Of a DNA stretch of 64,000 nucleotides, positions 53,396-62,940 are shown piece after piece. Source of the stretch: Bacteroidota bacterium. GTDB lineage: Bacteria > Bacteroidota > Bacteroidia > NS11-12g > UBA955. The translations under genes and the position numbers were made by a program. Numbering within the stretch: position 1 is the first letter of the stretch; each line of letters starts with the position of its first letter. The stretch spans positions 44,816 to 108,815 of the forward strand of contig JAEUUL010000038.1 in assembly GCA_016787485.1 (NCBI GenBank), read 5' to 3'. The notes beneath the pieces are model-generated. The model saw only the letters and a list, made by a program, of their open reading frames with translations. It ran no database searches and was not told the DNA's origin.

Positions 53396-55937
53396 GTTGA
53401 AGCAAATTTAAGTCTGAAAGCAATTCACAACTCAGTCGTGATTACACAGCAACCGGAACTAGTTGAAGCAAATTTAAGTCTGAAAGCAATTCACAACCTA
53501 TTGCCATACATGGTTTGTACCTTACCGGTTGAAGCAAATTTAAGTCTGAAAGCAATTCACAACTTTAACAGATGTTGCAAGTGCTATGGGAACGTTGAAG
53601 CAAATTTAAGTCTGAAAGCAATTCACAACGAAAGAGTTGGAAGGATTGCGCGATACGTTGTTGAAGCAAATTTAAGTCTGAAAGCAATTCACAACAGTGC
53701 CTATAAGGTTGCTACTTCCAGTTATGTTGAAGCAAATTTAAGTCTGAAAGCAATTCACAACAAAGAAATGTTTGCCGTTATTGTATTTGAGGTTGAAGCA
53801 AATTTAAGTCTGAAAGCAATTCACAACAGCCTGCAAGTGTGGAAACTGCGGATAAACGTTGAAGCAAATTTAAGTCTGAAAGCAATTCACAACCCAGGTC
53901 CACAACGGTATCCCAGTCCAGAGGTTGAAGCAAATTTAAGTCTGAAAGCAATTCACAACGCGAACTGTACGATAAGGGAAAAGTGCTGTGTTGAAGCAAA
54001 TTTAAGTCTGAAAGCAATTCACAACGGAAAGGGAAAAAAGCCAGTGCATGCGGGAGTTGAAGCAAATTTAAGTCTGAAAGCAATTCACAACTACCCGCTG
54101 TAATTGCATCATGTGTGGCAGGTTGAAGCAAATTTAAGTCTGAAAGCAATTCACAACCGGCAGGAATAGCATAGTTGCCACCTGCGGGTTGAAGCAAATT
54201 TAAGTCTGAAAGCAATTCACAACAAATGTGGAATCGGTACTGGCGGCACTTAAGTTGAAGCAAATTTAAGTCTGAAAGCAATTCACAACTGCAAGCCCTA
54301 CAGAAGTAACTACTGTGATGTTGAAGCAAATTTAAGTCTGAAAGCAATTCACAACTAACAGGGCAAAGTATTCATCCGAAGTCATGTTGAAGCAAATTTA
54401 AGTCTGAAAGCAATTCACAACCAAAATGCCAAAGCATCTGACCAACAGATAGTTGAAGCAAATTTAAGTCTGAAAGCAATTCACAACATTGATGTAACGC
54501 ATGATGATATTGTTGCAGTTGAAGCAAATTTAAGTCTGAAAGCAATTCACAACTAGGCGAGGCATACCACTACCAGGAGTGGGGTTGAAGCAAATTTAAG
54601 TCTGAAAGCAATTCACAACCAGACGTTGCAAGAAACTTGACACCCGAATGTTGAAGCAAATTTAAGTCTGAAAGCAATTCACAACCGCATCCGGTTCATC
54701 CAGCCCACACCGTACGTTGAAGCAAATTTAAGTCTGAAAGCAATTCACAACAACGGGGTTTTGTTAATCAGCGCATTTTTCGTTGAAGCAAATTTAAGTC
54801 TGAAAGCAATTCACAACTGTACTTAATCGGTAATTTGTGCCGGGGTGTTGAAGCAAATTTAAGTCTGAAAGCAATTCACAACATAGGCAATATATATTCA
54901 TTTTCAGCGGAAGTTGAAGCAAATTTAAGTCTGAAAGCAATTCACAACATATATTGGGGATACCATACGGCAAAAAAAGTTGAAGCAAATTTAAGTCTGA
55001 AAGCAATTCACAACTTGCCATTGCCGTTAAGGAAAACCCGTTTAGTTGAAGCAAATTTAAGTCTGAAAGCAATTCACAACAGTGTACCTGTTGTACAGGT
55101 CAGCACATAGGTTGAAGCAAATTTAAGTCTGAAAGCAATTCACAACCCGCGCTTTGCATATAGCGCAAGTTTAGCCGTTGAAGCAAATTTAAGTCTGAAA
55201 GCAATTCACAACAGTTCGTGCGCCTTGCTGTTTGCGGCTTCAGTTGAAGCAAATTTAAGTCTGAAAGCAATTCACAACCTATATTCTGTATGCCGCGCAG
55301 GTATGCTGGTTGAAGCAAATTTAAGTCTGAAAGCAATTCACAACTTGGGGTTTTGGGTGGCATGCCACTGCTGGGTTGAAGCAAATTTAAGTCTGAAAGC
55401 AATTCACAACGTGTTTCCAGCGCGCTAAAACTTTCGCGGGGTTGAAGCAAATTTAAGTCTGAAAGCAATTCACAACGCGCAAAAATCACAATAACGCCAT
55501 ATAAACGTTGAAGCAAATTTAAGTCTGAAAGCAATTCACAACTGCCAGCATGTACTTCAGCACCTGGGCTATGTTGAAGCAAATTTAAGTCTGAAAGCAA
55601 TTCACAACGCAGTAGGTCTGCATCTGTGGCGCGGTTGTGTTGAAGCAAATTTAAGTCTGAAAGCAATTCACAACAAGGAAATGTTTGCCGTTATTGCATT
55701 TGAGGTTGAAGCAAATTTAAGTCTGAAAGCAATTCACAACTATATGAAGATGTTGGGGTATTGGTTAAAAGTTGAAGCAAATTTAAGTCTGAAAGCAATT
55801 CACAACGTTTGAATTCTTGGCAAATGACAAAAATGGTTGAAGCAAATTTAAGTCTGAAAGCAATTCACAACGTGGGAAACCGTCTGGGCTGATTCTGTGG
55901 CGTTGAAGCAAATTTAAGTCTGAAAGCAATTCACATT
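53396..55937 (-). CRISPR. Type II-C CRISPR array, 39 x 36-nt repeats, 38 spacers
   Basis: Plus-strand repeat GTTGAAGCAAATTTAAGTCTGAAAGCAATTCACAAC; spacers 30 nt (two of 29 nt); last repeat 55902-55937 ends ...CACATT. crRNA strand assigned as minus from tracrRNA complementarity. Confidence 0.99.
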
Positions 55938-55993
55938 AAGTCTGCGAATTGAACAGCATTTAAAGCGTATACTTCTTTTGAAAAAACAAGAAC

Positions 55994-57565
55994 TCACATC
56001 TTCTGAACCGGTACCACCTGCCTGTATTGCAGATCCTGATATACCAGCAGGTATTTGCCCGCCGGAATATGCGCCAGAGACATTTCCAGACGGTGGCTGC
56101 CTGCAGGCATTTGGGTGTCAACCAGTGTTTCCACCATCCGTCCGGCATAATCCATCAGAGAAATCTGCACCCTTTGGCCACTGCTGATGTATTGCAAGAC
56201 CGCACTATCGGTAAACGGATTGGGATTGCAACTGAGCAGCAGCCTGCCTTTGCCGGCCAGACTCCGCACTGCGTTTCCGTTGCATCCCTGTGCAATCAGT
56301 GGCAGGTAATTGAATTTTTTGAGCAATATGTTTTCCACCTGGGTATCATTCAGGCAAAACCAGTCGTTGAGCAGGGTGGCATAAATCTGTCTGAAGTCGT
56401 ACTGCATGGGCAGGTTATCGTCCACCTTTACCGTTGTGGGGATGGTGGGGTTTACTCCGGTCATTTTGCCCCCATTCACAGCGTTACCAAAGATGAAGAC
56501 AGGGGCTGCGGCACCATGGTCAGTTCCCATACTGTCATTGCTGCGGATTCTGCGGCCAAACTCGCTGAGGGTAGCACCCACCACACGGTCTGCAATGCCC
56601 AGAAATTCACAATCGGCCTGAAACGCCACGATGGCATCGTTCAGGGTTTTCATCAGGTTGGCATGGATGCCTTTGGTGGGATCTGTTTTGTCCGATTGTG
56701 AACTGTGTGTATCAAATCCGCCAATGCTCACCATATACACCCTGGTTTGCAAACCACCTGCCACAAGGCGGGCCACCGTTTTCAGCTGATTGGCAAGGTC
56801 GGTATCCGGATAGGGTTTCTGCGATGTGACTTTAGCAGCCGCATTCTTTATGGTTTTGCTGTAAGCACTGGTTTGCTCGGCTATGGTGCGCACATAGGTC
56901 AGTTGTTCGCCGGCATGGGTAGAAGGTGCCGTATCCGGAATCCCGATGGTGCTGTTGAATACATTGTTCGGATCGGTGATAGCCATACCCAGATTGGTGG
57001 CCGGGCCCTGAAACATGAGGGTGAGCAGACTGCCCACCTGTATGCCAAGCGGGTCAGGATTGGCGGTGCTGGGGTAACCCACCGGAAAACCGGGGTATTC
57101 CATGTTCAGGTAGCGGCCTGCCATGCCCGATGCCACGTACTGGTCGCTGTCGCTGGCGCTGAACCATATATCCTGACTGCGGAAATGCGAATAATTCTGA
57201 TTGGGGTACCCTACAGACTGCACGATATGCAATTTGCCGTTGTTGTACATCTGCTGCAACCCCTGCAGGGATGGATGCAGTCCGGTTGCAGTTGTCCCGT
57301 TCAATCCCAATACTTTGTTGGATGGAATCAGTATATTGCTTCGTGCAGTGGACAAATTGCTGTATTGGTCCAGCGGGATGACGGTATTCAATCCGTCGTT
57401 TCCTCCTGCAAGGTCTATCAACACCAACACATGGTCGGTTTGTGTAGCCATTGCTGCCAGTCTGGACAGCAACGAATCGGGCCGCATGGCTGCCAGGGCA
57501 TTGTTATTCACAGTTACCGGAAGCAGGGCAGCACCGGTGGTTTTTAAAAATGTGCTTCTTTTCAT
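55994..57565 (-). CDS. DUF1501 family protein with Tat-like signal and T9SS C-terminal domain
   Basis: MKRSTFLK, L.GGNDGLN, SHFRS, GGFDTH, SEFGRR, GTDHG, DFRQIYA, C-terminal NPNPF...PAGKYL. Confidence 0.9.
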   Translation of the reverse strand: MKRSTFLKTTGAALLPVTVNNNALAAMRPDSLLSRLAAMATQTDHVLVLIDLAGGNDGLNTVIPLDQYSNLSTARSNILIPSNKVLGLNGTTATGLHPSLQGLQQMYNNGKLHIVQSVGYPNQNYSHFRSQDIWFSASDSDQYVASGMAGRYLNMEYPGFPVGYPSTANPDPLGIQVGSLLTLMFQGPATNLGMAITDPNNVFNSTIGIPDTAPSTHAGEQLTYVRTIAEQTSAYSKTIKNAAAKVTSQKPYPDTDLANQLKTVARLVAGGLQTRVYMVSIGGFDTHSSQSDKTDPTKGIHANLMKTLNDAIVAFQADCEFLGIADRVVGATLSEFGRRIRSNDSMGTDHGAAAPVFIFGNAVNGGKMTGVNPTIPTTVKVDDNLPMQYDFRQIYATLLNDWFCLNDTQVENILLKKFNYLPLIAQGCNGNAVRSLAGKGRLLLSCNPNPFTDSAVLQYISSGQRVQISLMDYAGRMVETLVDTQMPAGSHRLEMSLAHIPAGKYLLVYQDLQYRQVVPVQKM

Positions 57566-57575
57566 GTTCCGGCTC

Positions 57576-59156
57576 TTAGAAAATCTGATAATGGGGGGAT
57601 TGGGTAAGGTACACATACAGATTTTGCAGGCGCGTACTCACCACTTGTTTTTTCGTAGTATCTCCGGGGTTGTTGATATAGTCATTCCACGCATCCGACC
57701 AGTAACTGTCTGAGCTTTGTCCGCTGAGTAATATTTGTTTTTTAATAAGAAAAACGGTGGTACTCAGAATGTCAATCAAATACATGTCACCCAGCAAATC
57801 GGACAGAAACTGATTGGGGTCTGCCACATTGCTGAACTGCGCTGCTGCTTTTACCGGATCGAAGGAATTGTTGTACCCGCCATACAGCATATAATTGGTA
57901 TAATTGATGCGTTTGGGAAGGGTATCGCTGTTGATCCAGATCTGATAATACTGAGGCCCCTGATAAAAAGCAGGCCATCCCGCCACATTTGGCGGATCTC
58001 CCAGAGCCTGGGCCTGAATATAGGCGGTATAATACAGGTCAAGATAAAACCTGTAGACTGTTTCCAACGGAGCCGATGGCGGGGTTATGCTGTTTTCGCG
58101 GGCAAATCCAACCACCAGATCCAACGGTGTTTTTATTTGTGCACCCACTACAGACGCATCATAAAAATGCTCGCTTTTGAGCAATTTATCCAGTACCGGT
58201 TTGAGATTGTAACTATTGTTTCTGTAGATTGTGGCAAGCGGTTCAATGATATTTGTCTCTACCGTTGCATCAATTTCATGGTATACAAAATAGCGATAGA
58301 TTTTGCGGCAAATAAATTTCGCACATTCATCGGTGGCCAGTATCATATCCACCAGTTCATCCAGCTCTCCTGCACCTGCTGAGCCTGATTTTCCGGTGAT
58401 CACCTTATTTCCGTAAAATGCACTGAACGTTTTGTCTCCGGTGTCGTGCAGGGTGTCGAAAAATTTATAGGTTTGTGCATTCCAGTCCAAACTGTGACCG
58501 GTAAGAATACGGGCAGCTTCCTTCACATCATTTTCGGTATACTGGCTTCCACTGCCCTTTCCCACCCCAAAAAGCTCCTGCAATTCCCTTCCGTAATTTT
58601 CATCGGGCGAAAATTTGGTATTCAGGTAGCCGTTGAGATAATGCAGCATCTGCGGATTTTTGCTCACTTCTATCATGAGTGTACGCAGGGGTGAAAAAGT
58701 GTGGGTGCGGAACAATTCGATCAAACGGTAGGCCGCAGTGGCCCCGCCCCCTGCTTTCAATTCTGTTACAAAATGATCACTCCAGAACACCATCATCTTT
58801 TCCTGAATGCTTCGGCCCTGATTCACCAGATTCGAAATCCACCAGGCTTTCAGTGATTCACCACGAAAGAAATTGGTGGTTCCATCCCCATAGGTTCCGT
58901 TTACCCAGGTGCTGCCTTTGGGCACATTGTCGGCATCTTTCATGGGCGTGCCGCTGTTGTCCAGACCTTCGTAATAGTTGAGTGGTGGCGCGGGGGCAGA
59001 ACCGGGCAATGTAAGCAACTCATCTACAGACTGGGTAATCGTTTTACCCAGGAAATACTCTACGTCTGCAGGTTTTGCACCGTACAGGGTTCTTTTGAGC
59101 AAATGCACCACCTGTCTTCGTCCCCAGGTACCGGTATATGGATTTAATCCTGACAT
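57576..59156 (-). CDS. DUF1800 family protein
   Basis: HLLKRT.YG, EKM..FWSDHF, P.ML.YL, DENYGRELQELF, PPNVAGW; canonical DUF1501 partner. Confidence 0.9.
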   Translation of the reverse strand: MSGLNPYTGTWGRRQVVHLLKRTLYGAKPADVEYFLGKTITQSVDELLTLPGSAPAPPLNYYEGLDNSGTPMKDADNVPKGSTWVNGTYGDGTTNFFRGESLKAWWISNLVNQGRSIQEKMMVFWSDHFVTELKAGGGATAAYRLIELFRTHTFSPLRTLMIEVSKNPQMLHYLNGYLNTKFSPDENYGRELQELFGVGKGSGSQYTENDVKEAARILTGHSLDWNAQTYKFFDTLHDTGDKTFSAFYGNKVITGKSGSAGAGELDELVDMILATDECAKFICRKIYRYFVYHEIDATVETNIIEPLATIYRNNSYNLKPVLDKLLKSEHFYDASVVGAQIKTPLDLVVGFARENSITPPSAPLETVYRFYLDLYYTAYIQAQALGDPPNVAGWPAFYQGPQYYQIWINSDTLPKRINYTNYMLYGGYNNSFDPVKAAAQFSNVADPNQFLSDLLGDMYLIDILSTTVFLIKKQILLSGQSSDSYWSDAWNDYINNPGDTTKKQVVSTRLQNLYVYLTQSPHYQIF

Positions 59157-59373
59157 TGGTTGATTGGTTGTACAATTTTACAAAATATTCGCATCATGCC
59201 CTCATCCAATCAACTGTCTTTTGAAAAATTTAATATTCAGACAGAACCCGGATACGCTGTCGGCTGATTGCAGGTTTCACGATTTTTCAGCCGGAGCAGA
59301 CCTTCCCCGCCGGATTTCGGCACATTATAGTTGCCGGGATCAAAGGGTTACGCATAGCGGGAGCCCGGGCTAT

Positions 59374-60267
59374 TTACCGCAACCTTTGGTCCTGCCGGGC
59401 AATGTCAAGCAGGCCGGCCAAGCCACCGTGTGATTCAAAATCTGTATAACCCCACCAATTGGCAAATCCCTGAAACAGAGATGAGGCATCATGGGACTGA
59501 AGCAAAGAAACGGATTGTGAACCGGCACTCTTGCTCAGTTTCCGGCCTTGCTCCAGCAACAAATCATGGTGCAGAAATACCGTGTTGTGAAAATTCGGGA
59601 GCCCAAGTGTCTCTGACAGATACAACTGCATGCCTGTAGCGGGCAGCAAATCCATGCCCCTGGCAATATGTGATATACCATATTGCATGTCATCTGCCAG
59701 CGAGGCCAACTGGTAGGCGGCCAACCCATCCCTGCGTTTTACCACAAATGAGCCAAAGGCTTCGGCGGGATTCAAAGCCACCTCTCCCAGCAACCGGTCT
59801 TGAAAACGAATATCCTCAGTATGTGTTATGCGCAGGCGCCAGCTGCAATCCGGCGAATCCAAATCCAGTCCCAGGCGTTCACAATATCCGGGGTAAAGCC
59901 CGCCAGTCCCTTCCAACTGTGAACGGCTGCACGTGCAGGCAAAAACACAGTCCTTCTCCCGCAGCCGGCAGAGCAGTGATTCATATGCATCAAGGCGCAA
60001 TTGCTGAGACCAGTTCTGTGCAAAATCATCCGGTCCTGTGGGACCCAGGTCCCAGTCCAGTCCAAGGAAATCCAGCACCCGGAAAATGTCTTCCACATAT
60101 TGGGACCGAATCCTTCCGGCATCCAGGTCGTCAAGCCGCAGAAAGACTCCACCGCCATTTGCCCGGGCCCAGAGCCAGTTCAGCAGCAGATTGTACACAT
60201 TCCCTATGTGCAAATATCCGCTGGGCGTAGGTGCCAGCCTCCAGCGCTGTTTACCTTGCTCACTCAC
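59374..60267 (-). CDS. gluQ: Glutamyl-Q tRNA(Asp) synthetase-like GluRS paralog
   Basis: RLAPTPSGYLHIGN, CTCSR..YPGYC, AYQLA..DD, RG.DL, KLSKS; no anticodon-binding domain. Confidence 0.8.
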   Translation of the reverse strand: MSEQGKQRWRLAPTPSGYLHIGNVYNLLLNWLWARANGGGVFLRLDDLDAGRIRSQYVEDIFRVLDFLGLDWDLGPTGPDDFAQNWSQQLRLDAYESLLCRLREKDCVFACTCSRSQLEGTGGLYPGYCERLGLDLDSPDCSWRLRITHTEDIRFQDRLLGEVALNPAEAFGSFVVKRRDGLAAYQLASLADDMQYGISHIARGMDLLPATGMQLYLSETLGLPNFHNTVFLHHDLLLEQGRKLSKSAGSQSVSLLQSHDASSLFQGFANWWGYTDFESHGGLAGLLDIARQDQRLR

Positions 60268-62425
60268 TCTGGTTTATTTTCACTCTTTTCAGGAAGTTCT
60301 GAACATAACGAATCTGACCGAATGAATATTCGGGTGGCAGATGCGTTTTTGCCACAGTAAGTGGTTCATCAGGATATTTTTCCAGCACACTTTGTATTTC
60401 AGATATATGTGCTTCCGGCAGCAACTGTTCCAGTTCAATCATCCCCATCAGCAGTGCACGGGCCAGGTGCCCCTCTACGGTAGACACGGCCAGTCCTCTC
60501 GCTTCGGCGATTCCGGCGGCATCCATGCCTTCTTGAAAAAACTTCACGGTGGTTTCAAGCGTGGACCCCGCTTCTCTTTCAGGCTTATCCGATACTTCCG
60601 GCACTGTTGGCTCAATCCCGGTATATAATTTTTCTCCGTTAAGAGAAACGGTGCGCATGGCGACCGGCTTGGTTTCCAGCAGAAGCTGCATATCTGAACA
60701 ACACTGATAAAACTTACCCGCTTTGGATTTCCCCTGATGGGGTTTGGCCCAGACCTGAAACGGCCGTGTAAGTTCCTTATCCAGTTCAGCACTGAAATAA
60801 TCTATCGCCCTGGTTACCCTTTCCTTCAACCAGATCATGCTTTCCTGCTCGTTCTGCGATTGCTGCAAATATTCTTTGATCTGCAGATGAAAACGGTCTG
60901 CCACTTCCTGCAGTTTCCGCAACGCCTTATCCATCAGCAAGCCTTGCCGGCGAACTTCGGTTTCCTTTTTCTTTGAAATGCGGATGGCTTTCTTCTCCCA
61001 ATCCTCTACTGCCGACATGAGACCCTGAAAAGAAAGCAGTTGCATAAGCCGCGTGTACTCAAATGTGCGGCGATCGGCTTCCAGCCGGTTTTCCAGGGCA
61101 CCTTCCTTCATATTTCTTTCAGAAAACCGCACAATGCGCGGATCGCAGATAATGTTGCGGTTGGAAACCATACTGTGCAGGACCATTCCTTCCATAGACG
61201 TACACCTGCTGAGGGCAACATAGACCTGCCCCGGAGCAAATGACTCTCCAGCATCTATGATGGCCTTCTGAAAAGTAAGTCCCTGCGATTTGTGAATGGT
61301 GATAGCCCAGGCCAGTCTCACAGGATACTGAATGAAACTGCCAACGCTGTTCTGTTCAATTTTCTGTTCTGCATCGTTTACCGAGTAGCGGATATTCTCC
61401 CATGTCTCTTTCTGCACGGTAATGGTTTCATCTGTATCCGGAAAGCGGATGGTGAGACCTTCGTCCCGGTCTATTTTCTCCACCAGTCCGATTTTACCAT
61501 TAAAGAATTTTCGTTCACCACTTGTATCATTCTTCACAAACATGACCTGGGCACCGGTTTTTAACCGCAACGTTTGTTCGGTTGGAAACATATTTTCGCC
61601 AAAATCCCCTTTAATTTCTGCACTCAACTGATGTTCTCTGCCTTCCAGTTTCTGCAATTCCCTTTCATTGATTGCATCGGCTTTTTTGTTGTGGGTAGTG
61701 AGGGTAATAAACCCGGGCTCATCGGGTACAAAGTCTTTGTTATAGCACTGTTTCAGGTCTTCATAGTCTTCTTCCTGCAAATCCTGATGCCGTATATTAT
61801 TCAGAATACGGATAAAATTCCTGTCACTTTGCCGGTATATTTTTTTCAGTTCCACATACACCGGATCCAGCTGTTTAAATGCCAGTGAATCGAAAAAATA
61901 GGGGCTGTCGTAATATCTGCCCAGCAAAGCCCACTCATCGTCTTTTACAACCGGTGGCAACTGATACATGTCACCAATACACAGCAGTTGCACTCCCCCA
62001 TAAGGCAATTGACTGCGCCGCACATACCGCAGGGCGAGATCCACTTCATCCATGAGATCGGCGCGCACCATACTCACTTCATCCAGCACCAGCAATTCCA
62101 TTTCGCGCAGCAGTTTCACCTTTTCACTCCGGTAATGAAAATGGGTGACAAGATGGGAAGGGTTATTCGCCATGTTGGGATCCACAGGGTCATTTACCGG
62201 AATATATGCCCTGGTAGGCAATCCGAACATGGAATGAATGGTCATTCCGCCTGCATGGATGGCAGCGACTCCGGTAGGTGCAACCACTACATATTTTTTA
62301 CCGCAATCCGGCAAAACGGTTTTTAAAAAGGTTGTTTTTCCAGTTCCTGCCTTACCTGTAAGATAGATGGCAGTAGAAGTATTCCTGATAAAATCCCGAG
62401 CCAGTTCCCATTCAAAATTTTCCAT
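60260..62425 (-). CDS. PIF1/RecD-like SF1 helicase with C-terminal HTH
   Basis: GKAGTGKTT, APTGVAA, DEVSM, GD.YQLPPV, YRQ, AWAITIHKSQG.TF, YVALSR; C-terminal RGLAVSTVEGHL. Confidence 0.92.
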   Translation of the reverse strand: MENFEWELARDFIRNTSTAIYLTGKAGTGKTTFLKTVLPDCGKKYVVVAPTGVAAIHAGGMTIHSMFGLPTRAYIPVNDPVDPNMANNPSHLVTHFHYRSEKVKLLREMELLVLDEVSMVRADLMDEVDLALRYVRRSQLPYGGVQLLCIGDMYQLPPVVKDDEWALLGRYYDSPYFFDSLAFKQLDPVYVELKKIYRQSDRNFIRILNNIRHQDLQEEDYEDLKQCYNKDFVPDEPGFITLTTHNKKADAINERELQKLEGREHQLSAEIKGDFGENMFPTEQTLRLKTGAQVMFVKNDTSGERKFFNGKIGLVEKIDRDEGLTIRFPDTDETITVQKETWENIRYSVNDAEQKIEQNSVGSFIQYPVRLAWAITIHKSQGLTFQKAIIDAGESFAPGQVYVALSRCTSMEGMVLHSMVSNRNIICDPRIVRFSERNMKEGALENRLEADRRTFEYTRLMQLLSFQGLMSAVEDWEKKAIRISKKKETEVRRQGLLMDKALRKLQEVADRFHLQIKEYLQQSQNEQESMIWLKERVTRAIDYFSAELDKELTRPFQVWAKPHQGKSKAGKFYQCCSDMQLLLETKPVAMRTVSLNGEKLYTGIEPTVPEVSDKPEREAGSTLETTVKFFQEGMDAAGIAEARGLAVSTVEGHLARALLMGMIELEQLLPEAHISEIQSVLEKYPDEPLTVAKTHLPPEYSFGQIRYVQNFLKRVKINQSE

Positions 62426-62532
62426 AAGCTGCGATAAAAAACAAATCCGTACTAAAAGGACGAATATAATTCAATGAGGCCGATTTCTTACATTTGCCCT
62501 GCGCATCAGAGCTGTATGCCCTTCTACAACAG

Positions 62533-62931
62533 ATGAAATTCATGCGGTTTTTCCTGATATTCCTGCTCATTTTTACGGGATTGAATGCATGTGTGGCCGG
62601 ATGCATGTTTATGCTCAGACCCGGAGGGGAATTGCTGGGAATGGATACATCATACCTTAAACACTCCCCCTTTGATCATTATTTTCTGCCAGGCCTTGTA
62701 TTGTTTCTGGTTATTGGAATTTTCAGCCTTTACACAGGGTATGCAGTTATCCGTAAAAGAAGTTATTCACTGGGCTTTGCCCGGTTGCAGGGGGTATTGC
62801 TTTGTGGCTGGATTGCAATACAAGTAACTCTGGTGCGTGAAATCAATTTTCTGCACATTACCATGTTCTCTGTTGGAGTTGCCACAGGTCTGATATCCCG
62901 GGCAATCCAAAAGAACGTTAACAGAACTTAA
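62533..62931 (+). CDS. Small four-TM membrane protein
   Basis: Hydrophobic helices; SPF..Y.LPGLVL and GWI.IQ motifs. Confidence 0.7.
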   Translation: MKFMRFFLIFLLIFTGLNACVAGCMFMLRPGGELLGMDTSYLKHSPFDHYFLPGLVLFLVIGIFSLYTGYAVIRKRSYSLGFARLQGVLLCGWIAIQVTLVREINFLHITMFSVGVATGLISRAIQKNVNRT

Positions 62932-62940
62932 GGACCTGCA

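Noticed and set aside
53564-54649. Spacers 3 and 19 share caga(t/c)gttgcaag
   Set aside because: 12/13-nt match at offset positions with unrelated flanks; likely chance.
53438-55666. ORFs with VEANLSLKAIHN or CELLSDLNLLQ repeats
   Set aside because: Translations of the 66-nt CRISPR unit, whose repeat lacks stops in some frames; not proteins.
55872-55901. Spacer 38 resembles gggaaaccccgtctgg in the tRNA-Asn leader (~22479-22494), suggesting self-targeting
   Set aside because: Only 14 nt match, with a 2-nt gap; consistent with chance. I saw no convincing self-target in the window by eye, but an exhaustive search was not possible.
53396-55937. 36-nt GTTG...CAAC repeat could indicate type VI-B (Cas13b)
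   Set aside because: No HEPN effector in the window; a matching tracrRNA and adjacent cas9-cas1-cas2 explain it as II-C.
59164-59433. 89-aa ORF or structured RNA between DUF1800 and the gluQ-like gene
   Set aside because: TTG start, no motif, overlaps the gluQ-like 3' end; no convincing RNA structure recognised.
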